Program-made: the position numbers and the translations under genes
Part shown: positions 1 through 10,141 of the stretch, piece by piece
Layout: each line of letters opens with the position of its first letter
Numbering within the stretch: position 1 is the stretch's first letter
Notes under the pieces: generated by a model
Seen by the model: only the letters and a program-made list of their open reading frames with translations
What the model was told of the DNA's origin: nothing
The model's database searches: none
Source of the DNA: Nitrosopumilus sp.
GTDB taxonomy: Archaea > Thermoproteota > Nitrososphaeria > Nitrososphaerales > Nitrosopumilaceae
Assembly (NCBI GenBank): GCA_965214775.1
Contig: OZ243974.1
Span: forward strand, 2,528,001-2,592,000
Length of the DNA stretch: 64,000 nt
Reading direction: 5' to 3'

Positions 1-1
1 G

Positions 2-3000
2 GATGTCTGCGCCGGTGTCTTGTGGTGGTGGAACGGTGTCGCCACCTGTCAGAACTATGGGCATGCACAAGCCGTCGATCAGCTCAACGCCCGGCCCGCA
101 TCCGCTTGTCGGCACGATAGGAAGGCACACGCCGTCGATCAGCTCAACGCCCGGCCCGCATCCAAAGGATCCGGACAGGGTTACGTCCACCTGGATCGGT
201 GCAGGTACCGCCGGTTGTCCCGACTCTCCTGTGTTAGGCTCGACGGGCTCCTCGCTGTCTATCAAGATGGTTTCAGGCGGCAAGAGCACCGTGCCATAGC
301 CGAACTCTTCGTGGCCTGAGCAGGAACCCACGTTTATCGACTCCTTGTCGCGTAGCAGACTGCTGCCTAGGAACAGCGTCGCGTCGACCCCTATGTAGCT
401 CTCCCCCTCATGCATCCGGGCTGTGAATACCCTGTATCCCACAGAATCAGCCAGCCCGTTGGTGGCAGGTACCTCGACGGCCCTCTGGGTACCATACTCG
501 CTGGTGCGCACCGACACGGTCATGTCTCCAAAGTCTGGTTCGACAGTCGTCCTGATCTCCCCTGCGGTGCAGTCCCAAGATATGGACAGTATGTTGACCA
601 AGTCTCCGCCTCCGCCTGACACTCGTCTGACATCCGAGTCACTAGATCTTGTGCTGCCGCCACCGCCGCCACCGCCGCCACCGCCACCGCCGCCACCGCC
701 GCCTGATGGACGTCTGACGTCTGAGTCATCATTGGATCCCGAATCGCCGCCTGATGGTGGCAATCCTGTATCGCCGTCATCACTGTCATCATCATCATCA
801 GTTGGGACAATCCCGATGAGTCCAATCAAGTTGTCTGGTGACTCTGCTATCGAGTTGCCATGCAGGTCTGATACGGCGCCAGCAGAGATGTCCAGCTGCG
901 GGGTTCCCATGGGAGTCACCCGCAGCAGCTGGGACTCGACTAGCGTAAGTGAGAGGGTCTCGACGTCGGCGAATTCAAAGCCCTTCAATGCCCCGCCCAG
1001 CGGGACTGTGTCTGTCTGGTTTATGTCGCTGACATACAGCAGCGACAGGCTGGTCGCAGAGACATCTATGGTCTCGCTGAAGGTTATGGTCATGGCGCCC
1101 GTGTTCTCGTTGAGAGTCGCAGACGTAAATGTAGGCGGCAGGCTGTCGCGTACATCTACCGTCCTGGTGACGTCGTCGGGCACGTTGCCTGCCGCGTCTG
1201 CCGGCGCCGTATAGGTCACATTGTAGATTCCAACAGAGTCCACGCTGACCACACCTGACGGGGTCGCCGTCCCGTTGTAGGCAGGATCATTGTCAGTTAC
1301 GTTGGCGCCCAGCTCGGTGTAGGTGCCTCCCAGCTCGACGGTCACGGTCGCGTTTCCATTGAGCTCGATGACCGGCTTTGTGGTATCGCGCACATTCACT
1401 ATCCTGACTTCCGTTCCTGTGTTGTCATTGTCGTCAGTGGCAGTATACGTCACCTGATAGTCACCCATCTCGTTGACGTTGACACCAGAATGATCCGTAT
1501 CTACCGGCGAGCCGTCGTCTGCCGTGGCGCCCGGATCCGTGTACGGGGTGCCAAGCTCATGAACCAGCGGGTTTGCGCCTGTTATCGTGATTACGGGGGC
1601 GTTGGTGTCCTGTACTATGACGATGCGCTCTGCTGCATCGGGTGCATTGCCTGCGTCGTCTGCAGGCGCCGTATATCTTACAACATAGGTGCCAACTGCG
1701 TTGATATTTACCGTCTCGCCGCCGATGTCGACTGCACCTGCATAGGCCGGATCGTTGTCAGATACCGTGGCGCCCTGCTCCGTATACTGGGTGCCAAGCT
1801 GCAGGGTCAGCGATGGCGGGCCGTCGACGGCGATTACCGGCTTTGTGGTGTCCCGTACGGTTACCGTGCGCTCGGCCAGAGCTGGCGCGTTTCCGGCGTC
1901 ATCTGCTGGAGCCGTGTATGTCACGGTATAGGTGCCCGAAACACCGGTGTTCACTGCCGAGAAGTCGGCCGTGGCGGTCCCCGCATAGGCCGGATCGTTG
2001 TCAGATACCGTGGCGTCCGGATCGACGTACGGGTCTCCGAGCTCGTGGATCAGCGGGTCGTCGCCTGTCGGTGCAATGACGGGCGCCGTGGTGTCCTGTA
2101 CGGTTACCGTCCTAGTTGCCAGAGCTGGCACGTTTCCGGCGTCATCTGCTGGAGCCGTGTATGTCACGGTATAGGTGCCCGAAACACCGGTGTTCACTGC
2201 CGAGGAGTCGGCCGTGGCGGTCCCCGCATAGGCCGGATCGTTGTCAGATACCGTGGCGTCCGGATCGACGTACGGGTCTCCGAGCTCGTGGATCAGCGGG
2301 TCGTCGCCTGTCGGTGCAATGACGGGCGCCGTGGTGTCCTGTACGGTTACCGTCCTAGTTGCCGGAGCTGGCACGTTTCCGGCGTCATCTGCTGGAGCCG
2401 TGTATGTCACGGTATAGGTGCCCGAAACACCGGTGTTCACTGCCGAGGAGTCGGCCGTGGCGGTCCCCGCATAGGCCGGATCGTTGTCAGATACCGTGGC
2501 GCCCTGCTCCATGTAGTTACCTCCCAGCTCGACGGTCACGGTCGCGTTTCCGTTGAGTTCGATGACGGGCTTTGTGGTGTCCTGTACGATGACTGTTCTG
2601 TTGGCCGTCGCGATGTTGTTTGACGGATCGGTTGCAGTGTAGGTTACCACGTAGTTGCCGGACTGGTCGGCGTTCATGCCGGCCGAGTCATATGTCACCG
2701 TCCCGTCGTATTCCTGATCGTTGTCAGTGGCAGTGGCGCCGGCGTCCTGGTAATCATCGCCCAGCTCGACTGTGGCCGGGTCGTCTCCGGTTACTGTAAT
2801 GACCGGCGGTGTCGTATCGCGCACCAGCACGGTCCTGGAGGCCATGCCCTTGTTACCCTCCCCGTCGGTGGCGCTGAAGAACACGGGATAGTCGTCGATC
2901 GCATTGACGTCGACAGCGGTGGAATCAACGGTGACGGCAGAGCCGTCGCTTGCAGTGGCACCCGGATCTACGTAGGGACTGTCGCCAAGCTCGTGGGCCA

Positions 3001-5341
3001 GCGGGTTGGCACCGTTAAGCGCGATTACCGGGGCGTTTGTATCCTGGACTACAACGGTGCGGGTCATGGGATCGGGCTCGTTGTTCGCGGTGTCTGAAGG
3101 CGCCGTGTAGGTTATGGTGTAGATTCCCACGGTCGCCGTGTCCACGGTGCCGGTGGCAGTGACGTCCTCGTTGTAGAGCGGATCGTTGTCAGTTACGGTA
3201 GCGCCCTGCTCGGTGTACGTGTCGTCCAGCTCGACTGTCACGCTCTGGTTGCCGACAAGGGTTATGACCGGCTTTGTTGTGTCGCGCACATGCACGGTTC
3301 TGGTGGCCGTGCCTGTGTTGTTGTTCTCGTCAGTTGCGCTAAAGTCTACAGTATAGTCGCCTCTCACGTTGACCTTGACTGCCGTGGAATTAATTGTTAT
3401 AGCAGAGCCGTCGTCTGCCGTCGCTCCCGGATCCACGTACGGGTCGTCTCCAAGCTCATGTTGCAGCGGGTTGCTACCATTTAGTGTGATCACCGGGGCA
3501 TTGGTGTCCTGGACTATGACGGTGCGGGTCACCTCGTCGGGGACGTTGCCTGCGTCATCAGGCGGTGCAGTATATGTTACGGTGTATGTACCCACGGTAG
3601 TCACATCCACAGTGCCGGCAGCAGTGACTTCTCCGTCGTATGCAGGATCATTGTCAGATACACTGGCGCCCTGCTCCGTGTAGGTATCACCCATCTCGAC
3701 TGTCACAGTTGTATTTCCGTTTAGTGTTATAACAGGCTTTTCCGTGTCCGTGATGACCATGATCGGGTTGTCTGGCATCGAATCTATGGCGTTTCGGTGA
3801 AGATCCTCCACTGCGCCGACCACGATGTCAAGCTCCGGGGTGTCCATCGGGAGGATCTGGTCCAGCTGGGCCTGGGTGAGCGTCATGGATATGCTCACAG
3901 AGTCTGCCGCGGTGCTGTTGAACTCGGCGCCTGTAAGCGGCACGGTGTTTGTCTGGTTCACGTCGCTGACATACAGCAGTGACAGGTCGGTCTCCGAGAC
4001 GTCTAGTTCCTCGTTGAACTCGACGGTCATCTTGCTAGTTATCAGGTCCAAAACGGCGGATCTAAAGATGGGCCCAAACCCGTCGGGCAGGGGCTCCATC
4101 TTTACTATCTGGATGCCGGAGTCAGATATGCCCGGCACTACCGCATAGGTGGTACCGTCTGCCTCGAATGTCTTTACGGTCTGGGCTCCGTCAAGTAGCA
4201 GCTCGTCGGGGCCCTCGGTGTCCGTCAGCCTTCCGGCTCCGGCAGGAAATGCGGGGTCACTGACGTCGACTATCTGAAACGTGGTGGTGCTGTCGTGGTA
4301 GGAGATCACCGCCACGTAGACGGCAGAATCGATTCTAAAGGCATGCACATGCTGTGGGTCAAAGTGGGCCGAGGATCCGCGATCAGCCGGCAGGCTCCTG
4401 AACATGGTCGGATTGTAAGGATCCGCGATGTCGACTATGTGGAAAAAACTCTCATAGTCGTCGACCACCGCGGCGTAGAGGCGTGAGTCCACCTCGAAGA
4501 TGTCTGCATCGCTGGTGCTGTTAAGCAACGAATTACTGGTGCTCGTCAATTGTCCGGTGGGAGTCGGATTGCGGGGATCGTTGATGTCTACTATCTGAAC
4601 GCCGCCGGAGCCAGAGGCCACTATCGCATAGACACTGCTGCCTATCTCAAATATGTCCGCGCTGCGGCCGGCATCAAGCAGAAGGGACTCGTCGTCGGCC
4701 AGCCTCCCTATGAGATGTGGGTCGTACGGATCCGTCACGTTGATCATCCGGATGCCGCTGTTCCTCTCATCCACTGCCACCATGTAGGTATAGTTTCCGG
4801 TCGTGAATGTGTCCATGTAGGTGTTCCTGTATATGTTCAAGGTGGTGTTGCTCATGTGTACCGCGGCCTTTGGATCGGTGGGATCGGTGACGTTGATGAA
4901 CTGGATGCCTCCACTAGCACCACCGCTAATCGCCGCGTATGCATCACCCCTGATCTGAAAGACGTGTATCGCGCCTGGTTGGTACAGTGTAGGGATCTCC
5001 TTGTTTGTAAGCTGTCCTAGGCCGGCGGGCTCGTAGGGATCGGTGACATTGATCAGCTGAAGACCGTGGGGGCCAGTGCTGGCAAAGGGGCCTTCGCGCG
5101 TGGATACTGCCACGTATGTTTTGTCTCCGATCGTGTACAGATCCAAGCTGAGGGGCTCGGCGAGGATCAATCCCTCGCCGTTGGCCAGCTGACCTGCGGC
5201 AGTCACATTAAGATACCGAACTTGCAGTGCGTGCGCATCAGGTACAGGCTCGCCTGCCATCATTAGGCCTGTTGCTGACGCGATACATGCAATAAACACG
5301 TATGCTGCAATTGCGGTATTTGATGTGTGTATGAATGTCAT
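2..5341 (-). CDS. Giant secreted/surface protein (at least 1780 aa, runs off the left edge): signal peptide, about 6 LVIVD-type repeats, about 11 DUF5011-like Ig domains, Gly/Asp linkers, Cys-containing CGPG motifs
   Basis: Missing from the ORF track because its stop lies outside the window. Manual translation from ATG 5341 gives MTFIHTSNTAIAAYVFIACIASATGLMMAG (signal-like), then repeats such as GLQLINVTDPYEP and GVQIVDINDPRNP, then repeated D(T)TxPVITLxG...TYTVTYTA...RTV units. The same frame is still coding at position 2. Confidence 0.9.
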   Translation of the reverse strand, partial: MTFIHTSNTAIAAYVFIACIASATGLMMAGEPVPDAHALQVRYLNVTAAGQLANGEGLILAEPLSLDLYTIGDKTYVAVSTREGPFASTGPHGLQLINVTDPYEPAGLGQLTNKEIPTLYQPGAIHVFQIRGDAYAAISGGASGGIQFINVTDPTDPKAAVHMSNTTLNIYRNTYMDTFTTGNYTYMVAVDERNSGIRMINVTDPYDPHLIGRLADDESLLLDAGRSADIFEIGSSVYAIVASGSGGVQIVDINDPRNPTPTGQLTSTSNSLLNSTSDADIFEVDSRLYAAVVDDYESFFHIVDIADPYNPTMFRSLPADRGSSAHFDPQHVHAFRIDSAVYVAVISYHDSTTTFQIVDVSDPAFPAGAGRLTDTEGPDELLLDGAQTVKTFEADGTTYAVVPGISDSGIQIVKMEPLPDGFGPIFRSAVLDLITSKMTVEFNEELDVSETDLSLLYVSDVNQTNTVPLTGAEFNSTAADSVSISMTLTQAQLDQILPMDTPELDIVVGAVEDLHRNAIDSMPDNPIMVITDTEKPVITLNGNTTVTVEMGDTYTEQGASVSDNDPAYDGEVTAAGTVDVTTVGTYTVTYTAPPDDAGNVPDEVTRTVIVQDTNAPVITLNGSNPLQHELGDDPYVDPGATADDGSAITINSTAVKVNVRGDYTVDFSATDENNNTGTATRTVHVRDTTKPVITLVGNQSVTVELDDTYTEQGATVTDNDPLYNEDVTATGTVDTATVGIYTITYTAPSDTANNEPDPMTRTVVVQDTNAPVIALNGANPLAHELGDSPYVDPGATASDGSAVTVDSTAVDVNAIDDYPVFFSATDGEGNKGMASRTVLVRDTTPPVITVTGDDPATVELGDDYQDAGATATDNDQEYDGTVTYDSAGMNADQSGNYVVTYTATDPSNNIATANRTVIVQDTTKPVIELNGNATVTVELGGNYMEQGATVSDNDPAYAGTATADSSAVNTGVSGTYTVTYTAPADDAGNVPAPATRTVTVQDTTAPVIAPTGDDPLIHELGDPYVDPDATVSDNDPAYAGTATADSSAVNTGVSGTYTVTYTAPADDAGNVPALATRTVTVQDTTAPVIAPTGDDPLIHELGDPYVDPDATVSDNDPAYAGTATADFSAVNTGVSGTYTVTYTAPADDAGNAPALAERTVTVRDTTKPVIAVDGPPSLTLQLGTQYTEQGATVSDNDPAYAGAVDIGGETVNINAVGTYVVRYTAPADDAGNAPDAAERIVIVQDTNAPVITITGANPLVHELGTPYTDPGATADDGSPVDTDHSGVNVNEMGDYQVTYTATDDNDNTGTEVRIVNVRDTTKPVIELNGNATVTVELGGTYTELGANVTDNDPAYNGTATPSGVVSVDSVGIYNVTYTAPADAAGNVPDDVTRTVDVRDSLPPTFTSATLNENTGAMTITFSETIDVSATSLSLLYVSDINQTDTVPLGGALKGFEFADVETLSLTLVESQLLRVTPMGTPQLDISAGAVSDLHGNSIAESPDNLIGLIGIVPTDDDDDSDDGDTGLPPSGGDSGSNDDSDVRRPSGGGGGGGGGGGGGGGGSTRSSDSDVRRVSGGGGDLVNILSISWDCTAGEIRTTVEPDFGDMTVSVRTSEYGTQRAVEVPATNGLADSVGYRVFTARMHEGESYIGVDATLFLGSSLLRDKESINVGSCSGHEEFGYGTVLLPPETILIDSEEPVEPNTGESGQPAVPAPIQVDVTLSGSFGCGPGVELIDGVCLPIVPTSGCGPGVELIDGLCMPIVLTGGDTVPPPQDTGADI
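1740..2500 (-). repeat. Near-identical 243-bp (81-aa) tandem repeats, about 3 copies, each one DUF5011-like domain
   Basis: Identical shadow ORFs offset by exactly 243 bp (2116/2359; ends 2079/2322). The DNA repeats almost verbatim. Confidence 0.9.
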
Positions 5342-5456
5342 GGTTGCTACAGGCTGCCTATGTCATATCCGGGCCGCCCGTCGGGGGGGGGGGTGGCATG
5401 CAAGATATTCATATTGCATATTGTCATAATACATTATTAAAATTATAGTCATCATA

Positions 5457-5585
5457 GAGTTGATTTGAAATTAGTAAATTTTGATCAAATGAGCACAATG
5501 TAGCATGCCAACCCGATCCAAATGCAGGCAAAATGTACACAATTCATAAAATTACTTGATAGATTGTCAAAAAACCCCCGGAGAT
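5457..5585 (+). mobile_element. Solo end fragment of the IS5-like (DDE_Tnp_4) element whose remnant lies at about 21140-21904
   Basis: AGAGTTGATTTGAAATTAGTAAATTTTGATCAAATG... aligns over about 130 bp with the reverse complement of 21775-21904. Confidence 0.75.
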
Positions 5586-5707
5586 TGTCGCCTGGTTTGA
5601 TACCTTGGCTCAATCTGCACATTTTTCTGAGTTTCTGCCCCTTTGCAACCTGACCCACATGGCATCCCAACGGCACTCAGGAATTCCAGCGACTTGCGCA
5701 AAACACC
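5583..5707. mobile_element. Degenerate copy of MITE family C (about 130 bp)
   Basis: Internal sequence (ggctcaatctgcacatttttctgagtttctgcccc...ggcatcccaacg...caggaattc) aligns with 21947-22076 and 62194-62320. Ends are eroded. Confidence 0.65.
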
Positions 5708-5749
5708 GGACATGCAGCATTGGAATGATGTAAACGATTACCTGAAAGG

Positions 5750-7114
5750 CTAGGGCAATTTTGTGGAAATCACAGATGTGGAACGGGTCTGCAATGCAGG
5801 AAGTGTTTGACGTTTAAGATCATCAAAGAATTTTTCAATCATTTGTATCCCTGAAACGATTTTTGGGGCGTTGTTTTTGACAAACTCCGTTCCATCAGAT
5901 GCTGATCTTGGCTTGTCTTCAAGATAGTTGTCAAAGACTTGGGCGCCATCATAATCCACAAAGGCAATTCTTGCACTAAAGTCATTTCTCTCCAGAACCA
6001 GGCTGTCGCCTCCCACGATTGCAGTATGGTATGGATGAACGATCAGCGCTTCGGATAACTTTTGGGATGTGTTGATCTTTGCCTCATGTAGCGCCGATGA
6101 GAATCCGTTGAAATCAGCCAGAAGGTAAAATGTGGATTCCGGTTTCGTTGCTTTGATGCCGTCAATGGACGACAGCGAGTTATACGTGTAATCTCCCATG
6201 ATGTGATGGATGTTTCTTGTTATCTCAAAGTACTCGTCCATCTCCCTGCTGATCTCAAATCCCGCAACTGCCGCATGCTGAACCGGCGTGGACACTGCGG
6301 TGTATTCTGTGGCAAGGATTTTTTTGAACTGTGATTTTAAATCCATGGCATGCTGCGGCATTATCGCATATCCCAGCCTGAATCCACCGGCAGCATGGGA
6401 TTTTGACAATCCGTTTGTCACAAAAGTCCCTTCGGGGTAGACCTTTCCCATGCTGACAAACCTTGAAAAATCGTATGTCGTTTGGGCGTAAATCTCATCA
6501 GAAATCACTGCAATGTTTAATTTCCTGCAGACGTCTGCAATTGCCTCCAATTCGGATTTGTCATAAACCATTCCGGTTGGATTGTGTGGGTTGTTCAGTA
6601 TGAGGATCTTCTGCCTGTCTTGCAATCTCAACGCTAGTTTTTCCAAGTCGTGTGGCGCGATTTTTTTATTGGCTCTGGCTGGCAGCATGTGATAGTTTTT
6701 CTTCAGGAATCTGATCTGGGGAAGATAACCCAGCCATGCAGGGGTTGGAAGAATGACAGTACCGTGCAAAATCTCCAATAAATTAAAAATCAGTTCTTTG
6801 GTGCCCGGACCAACAAAGATTCTGTCAGGAGACACATCCATCCCAAAATAGTGCTTGTTGTATTTTGAAATAGCGTTTCGTAATTCGGAAATTCCAGATA
6901 CCGGTGCATATTCGCCCTTGTGGGCATTTTTGATCAGTGCGCCCTGGACCAGTCTGGGCACGGGGAACGGGGACTGTCCAAATGCAAACCCGTAAAAGCC
7001 AAACCCGCACTCGGGACGGGTACAATCCGAATGAAATTCCTGCAAAAAGGTGTTCAGTTTCAGATTCTCAGGCATCTCTATGTCCTCTACCTGCTGGTCA
7101 ACTACGAATCTCAA
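5750..7114 (-). CDS. PLP-dependent aminotransferase class I/II (aspartate aminotransferase-like)
   Basis: NNPHNPTG, SDEIY and GLSKSHAAGGFRLG (PLP-lysine) motifs. Confidence 0.9.
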   Translation of the reverse strand: MRFVVDQQVEDIEMPENLKLNTFLQEFHSDCTRPECGFGFYGFAFGQSPFPVPRLVQGALIKNAHKGEYAPVSGISELRNAISKYNKHYFGMDVSPDRIFVGPGTKELIFNLLEILHGTVILPTPAWLGYLPQIRFLKKNYHMLPARANKKIAPHDLEKLALRLQDRQKILILNNPHNPTGMVYDKSELEAIADVCRKLNIAVISDEIYAQTTYDFSRFVSMGKVYPEGTFVTNGLSKSHAAGGFRLGYAIMPQHAMDLKSQFKKILATEYTAVSTPVQHAAVAGFEISREMDEYFEITRNIHHIMGDYTYNSLSSIDGIKATKPESTFYLLADFNGFSSALHEAKINTSQKLSEALIVHPYHTAIVGGDSLVLERNDFSARIAFVDYDGAQVFDNYLEDKPRSASDGTEFVKNNAPKIVSGIQMIEKFFDDLKRQTLPALQTRSTSVISTKLP

Positions 7115-7183
7115 CGGCTAGTATCTGTAGTTTTGATTATTAGATAAGGCGTGAATCAGATAGCATCAACAAGTTAGCATTTG

Positions 7184-9112
7184 TTAACCCACACCATGAA
7201 TCTCATCCAGAATTTGGGGATTTTCCAGCGAAGACAGGTCTCCCGGATCCTCTCCCAGGAACTTTGATTTTAGCAGCCTTCTCAAAACCTTCCCGGTCCT
7301 GGTTTTTGGCAAGTCAGAGACTTGGAAGACGTGCTTTGGCCTTGCAATCTTTCCAATCTTTTCAGATACAAAGTCTGAGATCTCTTCAGTAAGATCTTCG
7401 TTTGTTTTTTGTCGATCTGCAACAAAAAATACCACGATTGCCTCGCCTGTTATATCGTCAGGTATTGCAATTGATGCGGCGTCAAATATTTTTGCATGTG
7501 AAATCACGGTGTGTTCGATTTCAGCCGTGCTCATACGGTGTCCTGAAACATTGATGACATCATCAGTCCGTCCGCGCATATACCACAGGTTATCCTCATC
7601 AACATAGACAAAATCTCCGTGGAACCAAACATTCTCAAACCGTGACCAGTAGGTTTCAACAAATCTCTTGTCATCGTTTAACAGACCGCGGGTCATTCCA
7701 GGCCAGGCGGATTTTATCACAAGATAGCCGTTTTCGTTTCTGACAGGGTTTTGATCATCATCAACTGCATCCAAATCCATGCCGGGAACGGGAATTCCGA
7801 CAGTTGACGGTTTTAATCTCATTCCAGGAAATACCGACAGCATCGCGCCGCCGATTTCAGTCCCGCCAGACAAGTTCATGATGGGAATTTTGCTATTTCC
7901 AATTTTTTCAAACAGCCACCGCCATGAATCCTCGTCAAGCGGCTCTCCGGTGGTAGGAATGCCTCTAATTTTGCCTAAGGAATATTTTTTGAGGGGCTCT
8001 TTGTTATTTCTCTTAAACAGTCTTGCTGCTGTGGGAGAAGTTCCAAAGATGGTTGCCTGAAAATCAGACAGTATCCTCCAAATACGCTCTGAATCCGGAT
8101 GATCTAACGCGCCGTCATAAATCACAGAGCTGGCCCCCACGATCAACAATCCATAGACGTTCCATACCAGTCCCGTAATCCATCCGATGTCAGCCGGCCA
8201 AAACAACACGTCATTTGGGCGCAAGTCTATCAGATATGCCGCCTGATGGCCTGCAAAAACCGAAAAACCGCCATGAGTATGAACTACTCCCTTGGGTTTT
8301 CCGGTAGTTCCCGAAGTATACAAAACAAACAATGGATCCTCAGAATCCATTATTTCTGTAGGGCAGATCTCAGACTGGGACGAAACCAGTTCGGAGTAAA
8401 AAACCAGCCTGTCAGATTTTTCATACGAATCGACATTTTTGTAGTTTACAACGATGGTTTTTTCCACTGACGTGCCATCAAGTGCCTTGCTTACTGCCTG
8501 CTTTTGGGAAATCGGCTTTCCCTTTCTGCAGAATCCATCTGAAACGAGCAGAATTTTGGCCTTGCAGTCTTTTAATCGTACGTGCAGCGACTCTGCGCCG
8601 TATCCAGAAAAGATCACGGTTTGGATTGCGCCAATTTTAGCTGAAGCCAGTATTGTCACGATTGCCTCCTTGATCATTGGCAGGTATATCGCAACAACGT
8701 CGCCGCGTTTTATGCCGAGGGATTTTAAGCCGTTTGCCATCCTGGAAACTTGCCGATCAAGCTGCAAATAAGTCAAATTCTTGACGGTGTTATCCTCAGA
8801 GACAAAACGATACGCTGTTTTATCAGGGGTTTTCTTGACAAATTTTTCAACAGAAGAGGAATAGATGTTGGTTTTCCCACCAACAAACCATTCAGACCAC
8901 ATTATTCCCTTTGAAGAATCCAAGACCTTTGAATAGGGAGACGTCCAAACAATTCCGACATCGTTTGAGACAGATTCCCAGTACCATTCTAAATCATCTA
9001 TTGATTTTTCAGATAGTTCGTCTAAAGAAGAGATTTTGTGCTGTTTCATGAATTTGTAAATGTTTGACTCTTTGACTTGATGTTCTGTTGGAATAAATTC
9101 AAACCTTGGCAA
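7184..9112 (-). CDS. acsA: AMP-forming acetyl-/acyl-CoA synthetase
   Basis: LYTSGTTGKPKG AMP-binding motif, ADIGWITG, GRTDDVINVSGHR, LPKTRTGKVLRR. Confidence 0.85.
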   Translation of the reverse strand: MPRFEFIPTEHQVKESNIYKFMKQHKISSLDELSEKSIDDLEWYWESVSNDVGIVWTSPYSKVLDSSKGIMWSEWFVGGKTNIYSSSVEKFVKKTPDKTAYRFVSEDNTVKNLTYLQLDRQVSRMANGLKSLGIKRGDVVAIYLPMIKEAIVTILASAKIGAIQTVIFSGYGAESLHVRLKDCKAKILLVSDGFCRKGKPISQKQAVSKALDGTSVEKTIVVNYKNVDSYEKSDRLVFYSELVSSQSEICPTEIMDSEDPLFVLYTSGTTGKPKGVVHTHGGFSVFAGHQAAYLIDLRPNDVLFWPADIGWITGLVWNVYGLLIVGASSVIYDGALDHPDSERIWRILSDFQATIFGTSPTAARLFKRNNKEPLKKYSLGKIRGIPTTGEPLDEDSWRWLFEKIGNSKIPIMNLSGGTEIGGAMLSVFPGMRLKPSTVGIPVPGMDLDAVDDDQNPVRNENGYLVIKSAWPGMTRGLLNDDKRFVETYWSRFENVWFHGDFVYVDEDNLWYMRGRTDDVINVSGHRMSTAEIEHTVISHAKIFDAASIAIPDDITGEAIVVFFVADRQKTNEDLTEEISDFVSEKIGKIARPKHVFQVSDLPKTRTGKVLRRLLKSKFLGEDPGDLSSLENPQILDEIHGVG

Positions 9113-9307
9113 TTGATACCTGTAGTTTATGGCAAGTAAAAAAAGTTCAGATCAAAAAATCAGTACATCCTAGATGTACTTTTGCATATCCCCCCTCCCA
9201 CCCAGCCAAGTGAAAAGTACTAAAAAATCGAGTTATGCAACAAACTAGAGAAACCAAACTATTTTATAGAAAGTTTACATATGTTAGACAGGTGTTGCTT
9301 GCCAGAT

Positions 9308-9517
9308 ATGTCCAGCATAGAAAACGAGTTTTTAGCATCCATGGAAGATGTTGAACAGTACAGGGGAAAATGGATTGCAATCTTGGACAGGGAGGTTATC
9401 GCCGCAGGCGAGGTTCTCTCTGAGGTGTACAAGGACGCTGTAAATCGTGCAAGAGGGAGGACTCCGCTGTTTGAGCATATTCCCGCAACGCTGGACAAGC
9501 AGACATTGATTCTCTGA
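9308..9517 (+). CDS. DUF5678-like small protein
   Basis: 69 aa, EQYRGKWIAILDREVIAAG...VY pattern typical of DUF5678. Start chosen at ATG 9308; ORF track starts at 9281. Confidence 0.75.
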   Translation: MSSIENEFLASMEDVEQYRGKWIAILDREVIAAGEVLSEVYKDAVNRARGRTPLFEHIPATLDKQTLIL

Positions 9518-9565
9518 CCAACTGTGTTTTATGGCATGGACAACCAAAATCACGGCATAGATAAA

Positions 9566-10132
9566 ATGACGTTCGAGTACCTTATCGACTGGAATGCTGG
9601 CAAGGACGGAAAAAAAGTTCCGACAAGGCGCCCAAGAGTGGAGGTCATCCTACGAAAAAATGCCAAAGACGTGAATGATGTCGGATTCAGAACTAACGGC
9701 TTGGTGGATTCCGGTGCAGATGTCTGTTTGATTCCAAGGAGGGTAGCTGACGCACTAAAAATGGATTTGAGTCATGCAAAAAAATCAAACTCTGCCGGTG
9801 TGTAGTGCGCACATCAAAAAAACGGACTGCAGTTTTGATATGTCGTGCCTATTCTGATAAAAAATGTCCAGATTTCAACTGTGCGCACTATGGGAGGCAT
9901 CTTTGCGACCTACGAAACCAAGATACATCTTGAAATCATCCACTGCGGAATTCCGGTGGACATAGGCGTGGTGGATGTCTCAGTTCCAGAAAGGGATCCT
10001 GGAGGAACAGACTATGAACAGAACATCATCCTGGGAAGAAGTCATCTGTTCAAAAAGTATCAGATTACGTTTAATGAAAGTGACAAGACAATCCTGTTTG
10101 AAAGGGTTGAACCCCGTCGCGCATACAATTGA
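9566..10132 (+). pseudogene. Retropepsin-like aspartic protease, split by an 88-bp MITE
   Basis: LVDSGAD catalytic motif in the 5' half and IILGR motif in the 3' half, in the same frame. Removing the insertion restores the flap SAGVGG. Confidence 0.85.
9803..9890. mobile_element. MITE type E (88 bp), TIR TAGTGCGCACA, 2-bp TG duplication
   Basis: Perfect 11-bp inverted ends with TG on both flanks. Excision of 90 bp restores the protease reading frame. Confidence 0.85.
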
Positions 10133-10141
10133 AAGCCTATA

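Noticed and set aside
3-5266. Many plus-strand ORFs (e.g. 423-1214, 1490-2623)
   Set aside because: Antisense shadows of the GC-rich giant minus-strand gene.
5383-5393. G11 tract upstream of the giant gene as a phase-variation switch
   Set aside because: An in-frame TGA lies between the tract and ATG 5341, so length changes cannot shift the coding frame. A UTR effect cannot be tested here.
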